64,000 bases of DNA from Dehalococcoidia bacterium. Its GTDB lineage: Bacteria > Chloroflexota > Dehalococcoidia > UBA2979. Each line of letters begins with the position of its first letter. Within the stretch, counting starts at the first letter, position 1. Made by a program: the position numbers and the translations under genes. Below the pieces are notes generated by a model. It did no database searches, was not told the origin of the DNA, and saw only the letters and a program-made list of their open reading frames with translations. Of the stretch, positions 9,872 through 19,100 are shown piece by piece. Location: assembly GCA_965262725.1 (NCBI GenBank), contig OZ253555.1:704001-768000 (forward strand), read 5' to 3'.

Positions 9872-12410
9872 ACTCTCGTACCTGGCAGAGGTCGTCGCGC
9901 CCCGCGATCTGGAGGCGAGCGTCGCCTCGGCGCGGGGGATGTTCGGCGCGCTGGCCGGCGAGTCGATCTCGCTCGAGATCGCGACGGGCGCGGCCGGCCC
10001 GCGCTGGTACGTGCGCTCCGGCACGGAATCGGGCCTCGATCGCGCGCTCGCGCAGCTGCGCGCGGCCTACCCGCAGGCCCGGGCCGAGCGCATCGCGCCG
10101 GACCGCGCCGACCTCGATCCGGTCCGCGTGCTGGGGGCGGAGCAGGCCGCAGTGGTCGAGCTGAGGCCCTCCGCCGGGAACATCCTCTCGCTCCGCAGCG
10201 ACTGGCGGAACGAGCCCTCACCGCTGACCGGGGTGCTGGCGCGGGCGGCGCCGCGGGGAGACGAGCGGGTCGTCTGCCGGCTGACACTCGGCCCGGCGCC
10301 GGCCGGAGCCGCGGGCCGCATCCACCGCCGGGCGGCGCCCGCCGGCGCGCCGCGGCGCGAACCTGCCGGAGACACGGGGCCGAGCCCGGTCCCGCTCGTC
10401 GGGGCGCTCGCGATCGCCGCGGCGGGCCTGCTGGGACGACAGTGGTACCTCGATGGGGAGTGGCCGCTGCTGCTCGCGGGCGGCATCGGCGCCTTCGTCG
10501 GGCTGCCGCTCGCGGGAGCGCTCGCCATGCGCATGCTGCGCTCCCCCGAACCGCTCCCGCCGAGGGTGGTGGAGCAGAAGCTCGGCTCGCCCCTGGTGAG
10601 CGCGAGCCTCGAGGTCCACGCGATCGGCTGGCATGACTCGGGCCCCGAGCGCCTGCGCCTGCTCGCTCGTGAGACCGCGGCGGCCTACGGCGCCTACGAC
10701 TCGGCGGGCGGGGGACTGCGCCCCGCGGCTCCGCACGCGCCGCGCCGCAGGCCGGACCGGAAGCTGCCGCTCCTTCTGAACACCGCCGAGCTCGCCGGCC
10801 TCTGGCACCTGCCCGACCAGGCGGGCGCCCCGGCCGGGATCCGCCGTACCACCGCGCAGCGGCTCCCGCCGGCGCCCGGCCACGCGGCGCGCGGCGCGCG
10901 CGTCGGCACCTCAGATGCGGACGGCGGCGACGCTCCCGTCCACCTCCCCGCGCCGCTCCTGCACCGCAACCAGCTGATCGTGGCGAAGACGCGGCGCGGC
11001 AAGTCGACGCTGCTCAGGCACCTCGCGGCCCGCGTGATGGAGGGGGCAGGCGGGGGATCGGACGGGACGGCGCTGGTGGTGGTCGACCCCCACCAGGACC
11101 TCGCCGAGGCGGTGCTGGACGCCGTGCCGCCGGAACTCGCGGACCGCACGACTTACCTCGACTTCGCAAACCTGGAGCGTCCGGTCGGCCTCAACCTGCT
11201 CGACGTCTCGCTCTTCCCGGACCGCGACCGGACGACCGAGCACATCGTCACGATGATGAACCGCCTCTGGCCGGCCAACTGGGGGCCGCGCATGGAGGGA
11301 GCGCTGCGGGCCTCGCTGCTCGCGCTGCTCGACGCGAACCGCCACTACGAGCGGGAGGCGCAGTTCACGCTGCTCGACGTCGCGCCGATGCTCACCGACC
11401 GGGAGCTGCGCGAGCGCGTGCTCGACCAGGTGCAGGATCCGGCGGTGCGCGCCTGGTGGCGGGACAACTACGACCGCGCGGGGCGCGTGCTGCAGCAGCA
11501 GACCGCGAACCCCGTCACCTCGAAGATCGGCCGCTTCACGGTCACGGAGGCATCGCGCCTGGTCTTCGGGCAGGCGCGCTCCACCTTCGATCCGCGCGCG
11601 ATCGTGCGCGACGGCGGCGTGCTCGTCGTCAACACCGCCGTCGGCGCGCTCGGCGAGGGCGCCGCCTCGCTCGTGGGGGCGACGCTGCTCAACCTGCTCG
11701 GTCTCCTGATCGAGGAGCAGGTGGCGCTGCCGCCTCAGCACCGGCGGAAGGTGATCGGGCTCATCGACGAGTCGAGCACGCTCGGCGCCGTCGACTACAC
11801 GCGCATGCTCTCCGAGCTCGGCAAGTACGGCGCGAGCTTCGTGCTGGTGACGCAGTCGCTCGCCAAGCTCGACGCCATCGACCGCAACCTCGCCCCGACG
11901 ATCTTCGCCAACTCCGACGGCCTCACCGTCTTCGGGGTCAGCGCCGAGGACGCCCGCCGGCTCACGCCGGAGCTGGGAGGCGGGATCGAGGTCCCCGACC
12001 TGGTCTCGCTCGACGACTTCACCTGCTACGCGCGCTGGTGGGACGGCCGCGCCCGCCCGCCCGCGTTCTCGTTCCGGGTCGACCCGCCGCCGCCGACCGT
12101 CCCGGGTCGGGCCCGGGCGATCGCGGCGCGCTCCGCCGAGCGCGTCGGCAGGCCGCGCGAGCAGGTGGTCGAGGAGATCACGCAGGCGCTCTCGGAGCAC
12201 TCGCCGTCGAGGTCGTCGGACCGCCGCGGGCGGAAGTCCCAGGAGGAAGTGGCGGAGGCAGGGCAGGGGAGTGCCGCGGGAGCGGGTGACGACCTCGGAA
12301 CCCCGACGGGCAGGGCGGAGCGGCGCGAGAGTCCGGGGACCGCAGGACGGTCGTCCCGCGGCAACGACCACCGCGGCCGCGGCCCCCACCCCCGGGGGCG
12401 CCATGCGTGA
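9852..12410 (+). CDS. VirD4/TraD-like type IV coupling protein
   Basis: Two TM helices, AKTRRGKST, VVVDPH, LIDE, ELGKYG, TQSL. Confidence 0.85.
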   Translation: MSRSRTELSYLAEVVAPRDLEASVASARGMFGALAGESISLEIATGAAGPRWYVRSGTESGLDRALAQLRAAYPQARAERIAPDRADLDPVRVLGAEQAAVVELRPSAGNILSLRSDWRNEPSPLTGVLARAAPRGDERVVCRLTLGPAPAGAAGRIHRRAAPAGAPRREPAGDTGPSPVPLVGALAIAAAGLLGRQWYLDGEWPLLLAGGIGAFVGLPLAGALAMRMLRSPEPLPPRVVEQKLGSPLVSASLEVHAIGWHDSGPERLRLLARETAAAYGAYDSAGGGLRPAAPHAPRRRPDRKLPLLLNTAELAGLWHLPDQAGAPAGIRRTTAQRLPPAPGHAARGARVGTSDADGGDAPVHLPAPLLHRNQLIVAKTRRGKSTLLRHLAARVMEGAGGGSDGTALVVVDPHQDLAEAVLDAVPPELADRTTYLDFANLERPVGLNLLDVSLFPDRDRTTEHIVTMMNRLWPANWGPRMEGALRASLLALLDANRHYEREAQFTLLDVAPMLTDRELRERVLDQVQDPAVRAWWRDNYDRAGRVLQQQTANPVTSKIGRFTVTEASRLVFGQARSTFDPRAIVRDGGVLVVNTAVGALGEGAASLVGATLLNLLGLLIEEQVALPPQHRRKVIGLIDESSTLGAVDYTRMLSELGKYGASFVLVTQSLAKLDAIDRNLAPTIFANSDGLTVFGVSAEDARRLTPELGGGIEVPDLVSLDDFTCYARWWDGRARPPAFSFRVDPPPPTVPGRARAIAARSAERVGRPREQVVEEITQALSEHSPSRSSDRRGRKSQEEVAEAGQGSAAGAGDDLGTPTGRAERRESPGTAGRSSRGNDHRGRGPHPRGRHA

Positions 12411-14325
12411 CGAACCGGCGCGTCTCGCACGGGCCCTGGAGTGGATCGCCCGGCTCCCGCTCTGCGGCGAGCCGGAGCTGGCCCGGCTGCTCGGCGTGGA
12501 TGAGCACGACGCCCGCCGGCTCATCCACCTGCTTTCCGCGCAGGGATGGGTCGAGACCGTCGCGGCAGCCTCGCCGGAGCTGGAACCGCGGCGACTCGCC
12601 GTCCTGCGGGACGAGGCGGTGCCGGCCCTGGCGACCGCGTGCGGACGGGATCTCGCCTCGCTCGCGGGCGCCGTCCCGGTCCGCCCGCGCGATCTCTCAA
12701 GCCGGGTGGCCCGCCTCGAGATCACCGCCTGCGTGAATCGCTTCCTGGCCGACCTCGCCGACGATCTGGAGAGCTCCGGTATCGCCGAGCTCGCCGACGC
12801 GCGGTCGCTCCCGCTCGCCCTGCCTCCGGCCGAGCGCTGGTGGCTCCCGGACATCGAGGGCTACGGCTGCCTGCGCTCGGGTCCGATCCACGCGCCCTTC
12901 CTCGTGGCGTGGGACCGCGCGGCGGCGCCGGACGTCCATCGCCGCAGGCGGCTGGCCGGGTGGTTCGCGGCGAGCGCCCGTGTCGACAGGCGGTGGGGCA
13001 CCGAAGGGCTCCCGCCCGTGCTCGTGATCTGCCCGTCGCCCCGGGAGCGGCGGGTGTGGGAGGACGCACTCGCGAAGCGGGACGGGGCAGGCTCCGGGTG
13101 TCTCGACCTGCTCCTCACCACCCGCGAGGAGCTGCACGCAGCCGGCGCGGGCGATGCGCGGTGGTCGCGGCCCGGCCGCGCGCCGGCGCCGCTCGTCGAG
13201 CAGGTCGGATGGGGGGAGGCACCGGTCCTGGGCGCCGTCCCGATCGAACGGCCGCTCGACGACTGCCGGCCGCCGGCCCGCCGCGACGGAACATCGCTTG
13301 GCAGGCGTGCGTTCGATCAGGCGACGAGCGGGCAGGTGGGGCCGGACCGGCAACGTCTTGCCCGCCTCGCGCGCGCGACCAGCCCGGCTGAGAAGACCCT
13401 CATCGAGTGGGTGGCGCGGCATCCGCTCCTCACCGCCGCCGATCTCGCGGCGCTCACGAGCGAACCGGCGGGACTGATCAGGCGCCGACTGGAGCGGCTC
13501 ACGAGCTGCGGCGCGATCGGTGCGGACGCGGAATCCGTGGAGACGGGGAGGAACTCCCGTATGAACAGAGCCGACGACCTCGAGTCGCGGTACCTGCTGA
13601 CCGAGCTGGGAATGCGTTGGCTCGCCGCTCGGGCCGGCGTGCCTCCGGCCATCTTCGCCAACCACGGGGGAGTCACGTTCGCCTCCGGGGAGCGGACATC
13701 CTCCCGGCGAGTGGTCCGGCACCGCGAGCACACGCTCGGCGTGAACCGGTTCGCCGCTCGTCTGGCCCTAGATGCCAGGGCCGCCGGCTGGCGCCTCGCG
13801 GAGTGGCGAAACGAGGCGGAGTCGACGCACCGCTTCGTGGCGGAGGACGGGCGGATCGCCTGGGTCCGCCCAGACGCTTCGGGTGTGCTCGTGCGCGGCG
13901 CGGAGGCGCGACCGTTCCTCCTTGAGTACGACCGCGGAACGCTCGACTCGGGCGATTACCGCGCGAAGTTCGAGGGGTACCGGCGCTATTACGCCGCCGG
14001 GGAGTGGGGGGACCACTTCCCCCGCGAGCCCGCCTTGCTCTTCGTGTGCAGCGATCGCCGCGCGGAGCACCGCGTCGGGCGAGCGGTGAACGAGTGGACG
14101 GGCCAGGCGCGCGTGCTCGTGGCCGCTGAATGGGGGATCGAGCCGCGGGGCGGTACCAGCGTGGCCCGCTTGCTCGCGTCTGGCGGCCGATCAGGCGAAG
14201 GAGGGAACGACCTGGAAGACCAGCGAGGCTCGCTGAAGACGGGCCGGCTCCGGCCGCGGTCCGGCGACACACAACTGCATGGCTTGGCGCCGCGCGCGAG
14301 GCCGCTCACCGGGGGTGACAGGTGA
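12403..14325 (+). CDS. Replic_Relax (replication-relaxation) family protein with two tandem domains
   Basis: HTLGVNRF...W..E...RPDASG...FLLEYDRGT in the C-half; degenerate copy VNRFLADL...PDIEG...FLVAWDR in the N-half. Confidence 0.8.
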   Translation: MRDEPARLARALEWIARLPLCGEPELARLLGVDEHDARRLIHLLSAQGWVETVAAASPELEPRRLAVLRDEAVPALATACGRDLASLAGAVPVRPRDLSSRVARLEITACVNRFLADLADDLESSGIAELADARSLPLALPPAERWWLPDIEGYGCLRSGPIHAPFLVAWDRAAAPDVHRRRRLAGWFAASARVDRRWGTEGLPPVLVICPSPRERRVWEDALAKRDGAGSGCLDLLLTTREELHAAGAGDARWSRPGRAPAPLVEQVGWGEAPVLGAVPIERPLDDCRPPARRDGTSLGRRAFDQATSGQVGPDRQRLARLARATSPAEKTLIEWVARHPLLTAADLAALTSEPAGLIRRRLERLTSCGAIGADAESVETGRNSRMNRADDLESRYLLTELGMRWLAARAGVPPAIFANHGGVTFASGERTSSRRVVRHREHTLGVNRFAARLALDARAAGWRLAEWRNEAESTHRFVAEDGRIAWVRPDASGVLVRGAEARPFLLEYDRGTLDSGDYRAKFEGYRRYYAAGEWGDHFPREPALLFVCSDRRAEHRVGRAVNEWTGQARVLVAAEWGIEPRGGTSVARLLASGGRSGEGGNDLEDQRGSLKTGRLRPRSGDTQLHGLAPRARPLTGGDR

Positions 14326-14504
14326 ACGACGACTCACTGCTGCTGACAGTCCCCGAGACCGCGAAGCTGCTTCGGATCTCGCGCAACCTCGCCTATGAAC
14401 TGGTGGCGCGGGGAGAGCTGCCGGCCGTTCGGTTGGGAAGGGTGATCCGGATACCCCGGGACGAGCTTAGAGCCCGGATCAAGGCGAAGGCCAGCGACGA
14501 CTGA
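14322..14504 (+). CDS. xis: excisionase (HTH_17)
   Basis: LLTVPETAKLLRISRNLAYELVARGELPAVRLGRVIRIP. Confidence 0.9.
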   Translation: MNDDSLLLTVPETAKLLRISRNLAYELVARGELPAVRLGRVIRIPRDELRARIKAKASDD

Positions 14505-14610
14505 ACAAGGCCGGGTAACAGCACTAACGTTCGGATAGAATGGATGTTCTGACCGGGGGACTCGTGGTTGGAGCGGACACGACCGGCCGGTCGCGCCGAG
14601 GAAGCGGGAG

Positions 14611-15753
14611 ATGATGACTGGTCACATAGAGCGCCGCGGGAAGGGCAGTTGGCGGATCACCGTGGAACTGGCACCTGATCCCGTCATTCACCGGCGCCGC
14701 AAGCGCACGTTCACGATTCGCGGGACGAAGAAGGAGGCGGGGCGTGCGCTGACCGAGGCGCTGAGGCTGCGGGACCAGGGGATCGACATTGCGCCGAGCC
14801 GCATCACCGTCGCGGAGTACCTCGAACGCTGGCTGAGCGACTACGCCGAGCCGAACGTCGCACCATCGACGCTCCAGCGCTACCAGCAGATATGCAGGCG
14901 GCTCGCTGAACACCTCGGCGCGCTGAGACTACAGGCCCTGCGGCCGGCACACATCCAGACGACGTACTCGCGGCTCCGGGAGCACGCCCTGGCTCCCCGC
15001 ACCATCCTCCACCACCATCGCGTCCTGAAGGAGGCCCTGCGCCACGCGGTCGGCTGGCAGCTTCTTGAACGTAGTCCGGCGGATGCCGTGTCGGCGCCTC
15101 GTCCCGAGCGGACGGAGATGCGGGCGCTCGACGCGGATGAGGTCGAGCGGCTGGTGAATGCCTGCGAAGACGACGACCTGCGCCGTCTGGTCTTTGTTGC
15201 GGTGTCGACGGGTCTCCGGCTCGGTGAGCTGCTCGGTCTGCGGTGGGCAGACCTCGATCTGGAGGCGGGAACGGCAGCCGTTCGGCGGACTTCCCAGTAC
15301 CTGGGACCGGACGGGGTGAAGCTGCGGACACCCAAGACGGCGCGGAGCCGGCGCACGATCTCGCTGTCGCCGTCGACGGTTGTCGTGCTCCGTGAGCACA
15401 GGGTTGCGCAGAACGAGCGACGGCTGCGCATGGGACCTTCATACGGGGACCATGGGGTCGTCTTTGCTGCGGACGATGGCCGGCTAGTGGCGCCCTACTC
15501 CGCGTCCGCCGAGTTCCGGAAGGTCGTGCGGAGGCTCGGACTCACCGGCTTCCGCTTCCACGATCTGCGACACACGTCGGCAACGCTGGCGCTGCAGGCC
15601 GGCGTGCCCGCGAAGGTCGTCTCAGAACGCCTCGGGCATGCGAGCGTTGCGTTCACGCTCGATACGTACGCGCACGTCCTTCCCGATCAGCAGCGCCAGG
15701 CTGCGGATCTGATGGACTCGCTGCTGCCCGTACCTCGCAGAAGCGCCCGTTAG
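14611..15753 (+). CDS. int: tyrosine recombinase/integrase
   Basis: TGLRLGE, FHDLRH, LGH, Y catalytic residues; N-terminal arm-binding domain. Confidence 0.95.
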   Translation: MMTGHIERRGKGSWRITVELAPDPVIHRRRKRTFTIRGTKKEAGRALTEALRLRDQGIDIAPSRITVAEYLERWLSDYAEPNVAPSTLQRYQQICRRLAEHLGALRLQALRPAHIQTTYSRLREHALAPRTILHHHRVLKEALRHAVGWQLLERSPADAVSAPRPERTEMRALDADEVERLVNACEDDDLRRLVFVAVSTGLRLGELLGLRWADLDLEAGTAAVRRTSQYLGPDGVKLRTPKTARSRRTISLSPSTVVVLREHRVAQNERRLRMGPSYGDHGVVFAADDGRLVAPYSASAEFRKVVRRLGLTGFRFHDLRHTSATLALQAGVPAKVVSERLGHASVAFTLDTYAHVLPDQQRQAADLMDSLLPVPRRSAR

Positions 15754-16084
15754 CGCACTCACCGACCATGGCCTAGGCTGCGCGATCGGCGGTGTCGAGG
15801 CCGGCGCCGTGAGCCACGCGCCTTGGTAGCGATCGGCATCTTTTGGGCGGAACTCGGGGGGTGGCCGCTCTGGGAATGGGCGTCTGTCGTGCCCGTCTGT
15901 CCTGCCTCATTTCGTTCCGTGGTGACCGGTTTGACGCCAAAGATCCTCCGGTGCTCAAGCGCTACCTTGCGCGCGAGGTCCATCGCTGGCGTCGGCGCCA
16001 TCGTCGATCCGCCTGGGCGATGCGGACGCACGCCCGAGTCGATCGCGGCGATGAGGTTTCGGCGTAGCAGGACATACTTTTATG

Positions 16085-16124
16085 GGACCATTGTGGTCCA
16101 TGTGCTGACGCGATGTGCTATTAT
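16085..16124 (+). promoter_or_regulatory. inverted-repeat operator GGACCA-N3-TGGTCC plus extended -10 (TGcTATTAT)
   Basis: Palindrome at 16085-16099 overlaps the expected -35; -10 at 16119-16124 lies 6 nt before ATG 16131 (leaderless geometry). Confidence 0.55.
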
Positions 16125-16130
16125 GGTCTC

Positions 16131-19100
16131 ATGGAAGAGTCGCTGCGGCGTCTAGCACCTGAAGAAATCCGCGCGATCCGAGATCGTCTCGGACTCACGC
16201 AGGTGGAGGCTGGCGAACTGATCGGTGGAGGCCCGCGCGCGTTCACCAAGTACGAGGCTGGGACGATCACCCCCGCAGCCTCCGTGGATACGTTACTGCG
16301 GCTCTTGGACGCGAATCCCGCGACGATCCGGTTGCTGAGCCCTGGCAGAGCTCTTCCGCAAGCAGCTGGCATGCGTTTCCCGTTCGAGGCGGGAGCTTCA
16401 GATGTCGCCACACTGAACGAGCGGGAATTGCCCGCTCTCTTGAGGCGCCTCCTCCGGGCAGAGGCAGTAGCTCACAGCGTCTCGCCCGCCGGGATCCACG
16501 TGGCCGAGAACATTCATGCCCCGGATGGGGGCGAGGACGGCCGCATTGAGTGGCAGGGAGCGCCGGAGCGAACCAGGTTCCTTCCCGGCCGACTCGTCCA
16601 GTTCCAGGCGAAGGCCGGACCGATGCCACCGAGTGCCGCGATTCGGGACGTCTTGGCGGCCAATGGCGAGGTAAAGGCCGCACTGCGGACCGGACTCGCT
16701 GGGGGTGGGTATTACATCATGCTGTGCGCGCACCCCTACACCCGAAAGCAGATCCGGGAGCGAGAAGCTGGGCTTCGGGCCGCAGTGCGGGACGCCGGCG
16801 TGGCAATCGCCGCCGAGCAGATCCAATTCTGGGATGCGGGCCAGATCGCTGAGTGGGCCAACTCCTACCCGTCGATTGTCATCTGGATCAAGGAGCGCAC
16901 GTCTCCCGGTACCATCGGTCCCTTCCGGTCGTGGAGCCACTGGGCCGCACGGAGCGAGCACGACCAGTCACTCTGGCTTGACGACGGCCGCCTGCCTGCT
17001 CTTAGAGCCCGACTACTTGAGCGCGTGGCCGAGCAGCGTAGCGCCTTCCGCGTGGTGGGGCTTCCTGGTGTCGGCAAGTCACGTCTCGTGCTCGAGGCTC
17101 TCGGTCGAGAGACCGAGGCGAGTGACCACTCGCTCAGCGACTTTGTGCTCTACGCCGTCCAGTCCGAGGTCGGTTGGGAGTCCATCGGCAGGACCGTCCA
17201 GACCCTGGTTGACGATGGGCAGCGTGCGATCCTGGTCGTCGACGATTGCGGACCCCAGTCGCATGGGGCCCTCGTTCGTATGATCTTGCGAAGGGGCAGC
17301 CGCCTCTCTCTGGTCACGATCGACAATGAGATTCCCGCCGGAACGCTGGATCGGAGCACCTTCCTGGTGCCCGAGGCGCCGCCCGCAGTCACCGAGGGCA
17401 TCATTGGTCAGCTCCTGCCCGGGCTGCCCTACGAGGACGGGCAACGGCTGGCTCGCTTCTCTAGGGGCTTTCCGGGAATCGCGATCCGCGTCGGGCACGT
17501 GTGGCTGGAATCTCGCCCCCTTGCCGATGCCGCCGATGAAGCTCTTGTCGGCGCTTTCGTATTGGGTCGCAACAGGAGAGACAGCGAGTCGCTACTGAAG
17601 TCTGCACAGCTGCTGGCCTCCTTCGGCCTGGTCGGAGTGAGGGATCAGGGGGAGCTGCGCGAACTCGCGGCGCTAGTGGGTAGCCTCAGCGCCGACAACT
17701 TCCACGCGGACTGCGCCACGCTCGCAGACCGCGGCGTTGCGAAGTATCGGGGGGCAAAGGTCGCTCTGCAGTCAGGACCAATCGCCTTCAAGTTGGCAGA
17801 GAGCCAGTGGCGAGAGTGGCCGCGGGACACGTGGGACCTGGTTCTGGCCGGCAGAATCGGTCCTGACCTGAAGAGGCAGGCTGCACGACGACTTGCGGAA
17901 CTCAATACCACCGATATCGCTGTGACGGTCGCGGAGCATGTCTGCAGGGTAGGCGGCCCCCTTGATGGATTCCAGAAGGCGAGTGCGGAGGGCCTCGGGG
18001 ATGTCCTGTCGAGCCTCGCCGAGATCAGCCCGGAGATGGTCGGAGAGAGAATCGAGAGCGCCCTGGATGATGCCGCAGACCTGAGCAGGGTCGACGGCGA
18101 CCTGCGCCGAGGCCTTGTCATGGCGCTCGAGAGGGTCGCCTTCCACGCCAGGACCTTCGAGACCGGAGCCTTGCTCCTGTTACGGCTGGCAGTAGCCGAG
18201 AAGGAGCCTTGGAGCAACAACGCGGCGGGTCGATTCACCGAGCTCTTCCCCGTCCTAGAGGGCGGCACCGAGGCCGACGGCAGCGCCAGGATCGCAGTTC
18301 TGGATGGATTGGCGGCCACCAACGATCCCACTCAACGTGCCATCGTCGTCGCGGCTCTCGCTGCCGGTTCAGAGACCGCCACCTTCCAGCGCACGCTGGG
18401 GGCCGAGTCCCACGGGACCCGGCCTGCCTTGGCGCCATGGTTTCCGCCCACGCGGAAGGATGCCACGGACTACATTCGGGATTGTGTGACGCGCCTCGGG
18501 TATCTCGCTGAGTCGGATGACGCGGCGGGCAAGGCTGCGAGAGCTGCGTTCAGCAACGGCCTCGGGGAATGGGTGCAGGAGGGCTTGCTCGATGTCGTGG
18601 AGGGTGCCGTTCGGCGAATAGCTCCCGCGGTGGGCTATTGGCCTGAGGCAGCCGCGACCTTGGGAGACTTGCTCGCGGATGGCGTGGACGGCCTCGACCC
18701 AGACGCGCTCAAGCGTATCGAGGCGCTTATCGGGTCTCTCCAGCCGAGAACCATGGACGCGCTCATCCGTGCTCGAATCTCCACTGTTGCCTGGAACCCC
18801 GGGAAGGGCGAGGACATCGAGGCACAACACCAGCGCGCAGCTGGCGACGTTCGGGATCTGGTTAAGGAATTGATCGAACAGCCGGCTCTGCTTGAGTCCT
18901 ACCTTCCTCGACTGAGCTGCGGCCACCACCAGATGGCGCGTGTATTCGGAGAGGCTGTCGCCGATCTCACTCACGGATCCCCCGACTGGCTCCAGAGGTT
19001 CGAGGCGGCGGTCGCGGGGGTGCCCGCGGGCGAGCGCAGCTTCGATCTCCTGTCGGGGTACGTCGGATGGCTGCGCACAAACCGTCCGGCCGCAGCCGAG

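Larger units (their letters stand above)
3307..15753 (+). mobile_element. integrative conjugative element core (T4SS, primase, coupling protein, Replic_Relax, Xis, Int)
   Basis: Co-oriented, mostly overlapping genes with conjugation and integration motifs. Confidence 0.8.

Noticed and set aside
10911-12854. Long antisense and alternate-frame ORFs (also 25820-27832, 50315-52015, 22012-22989 and others)
   Set aside because: Shadow frames of real high-GC genes; Arg/Ala/Pro-rich with no motifs
15759-16031. Minus-strand ORF or att-like sequence after the integrase
   Set aside because: No recognisable motif and no partner direct repeat found; cannot support a call
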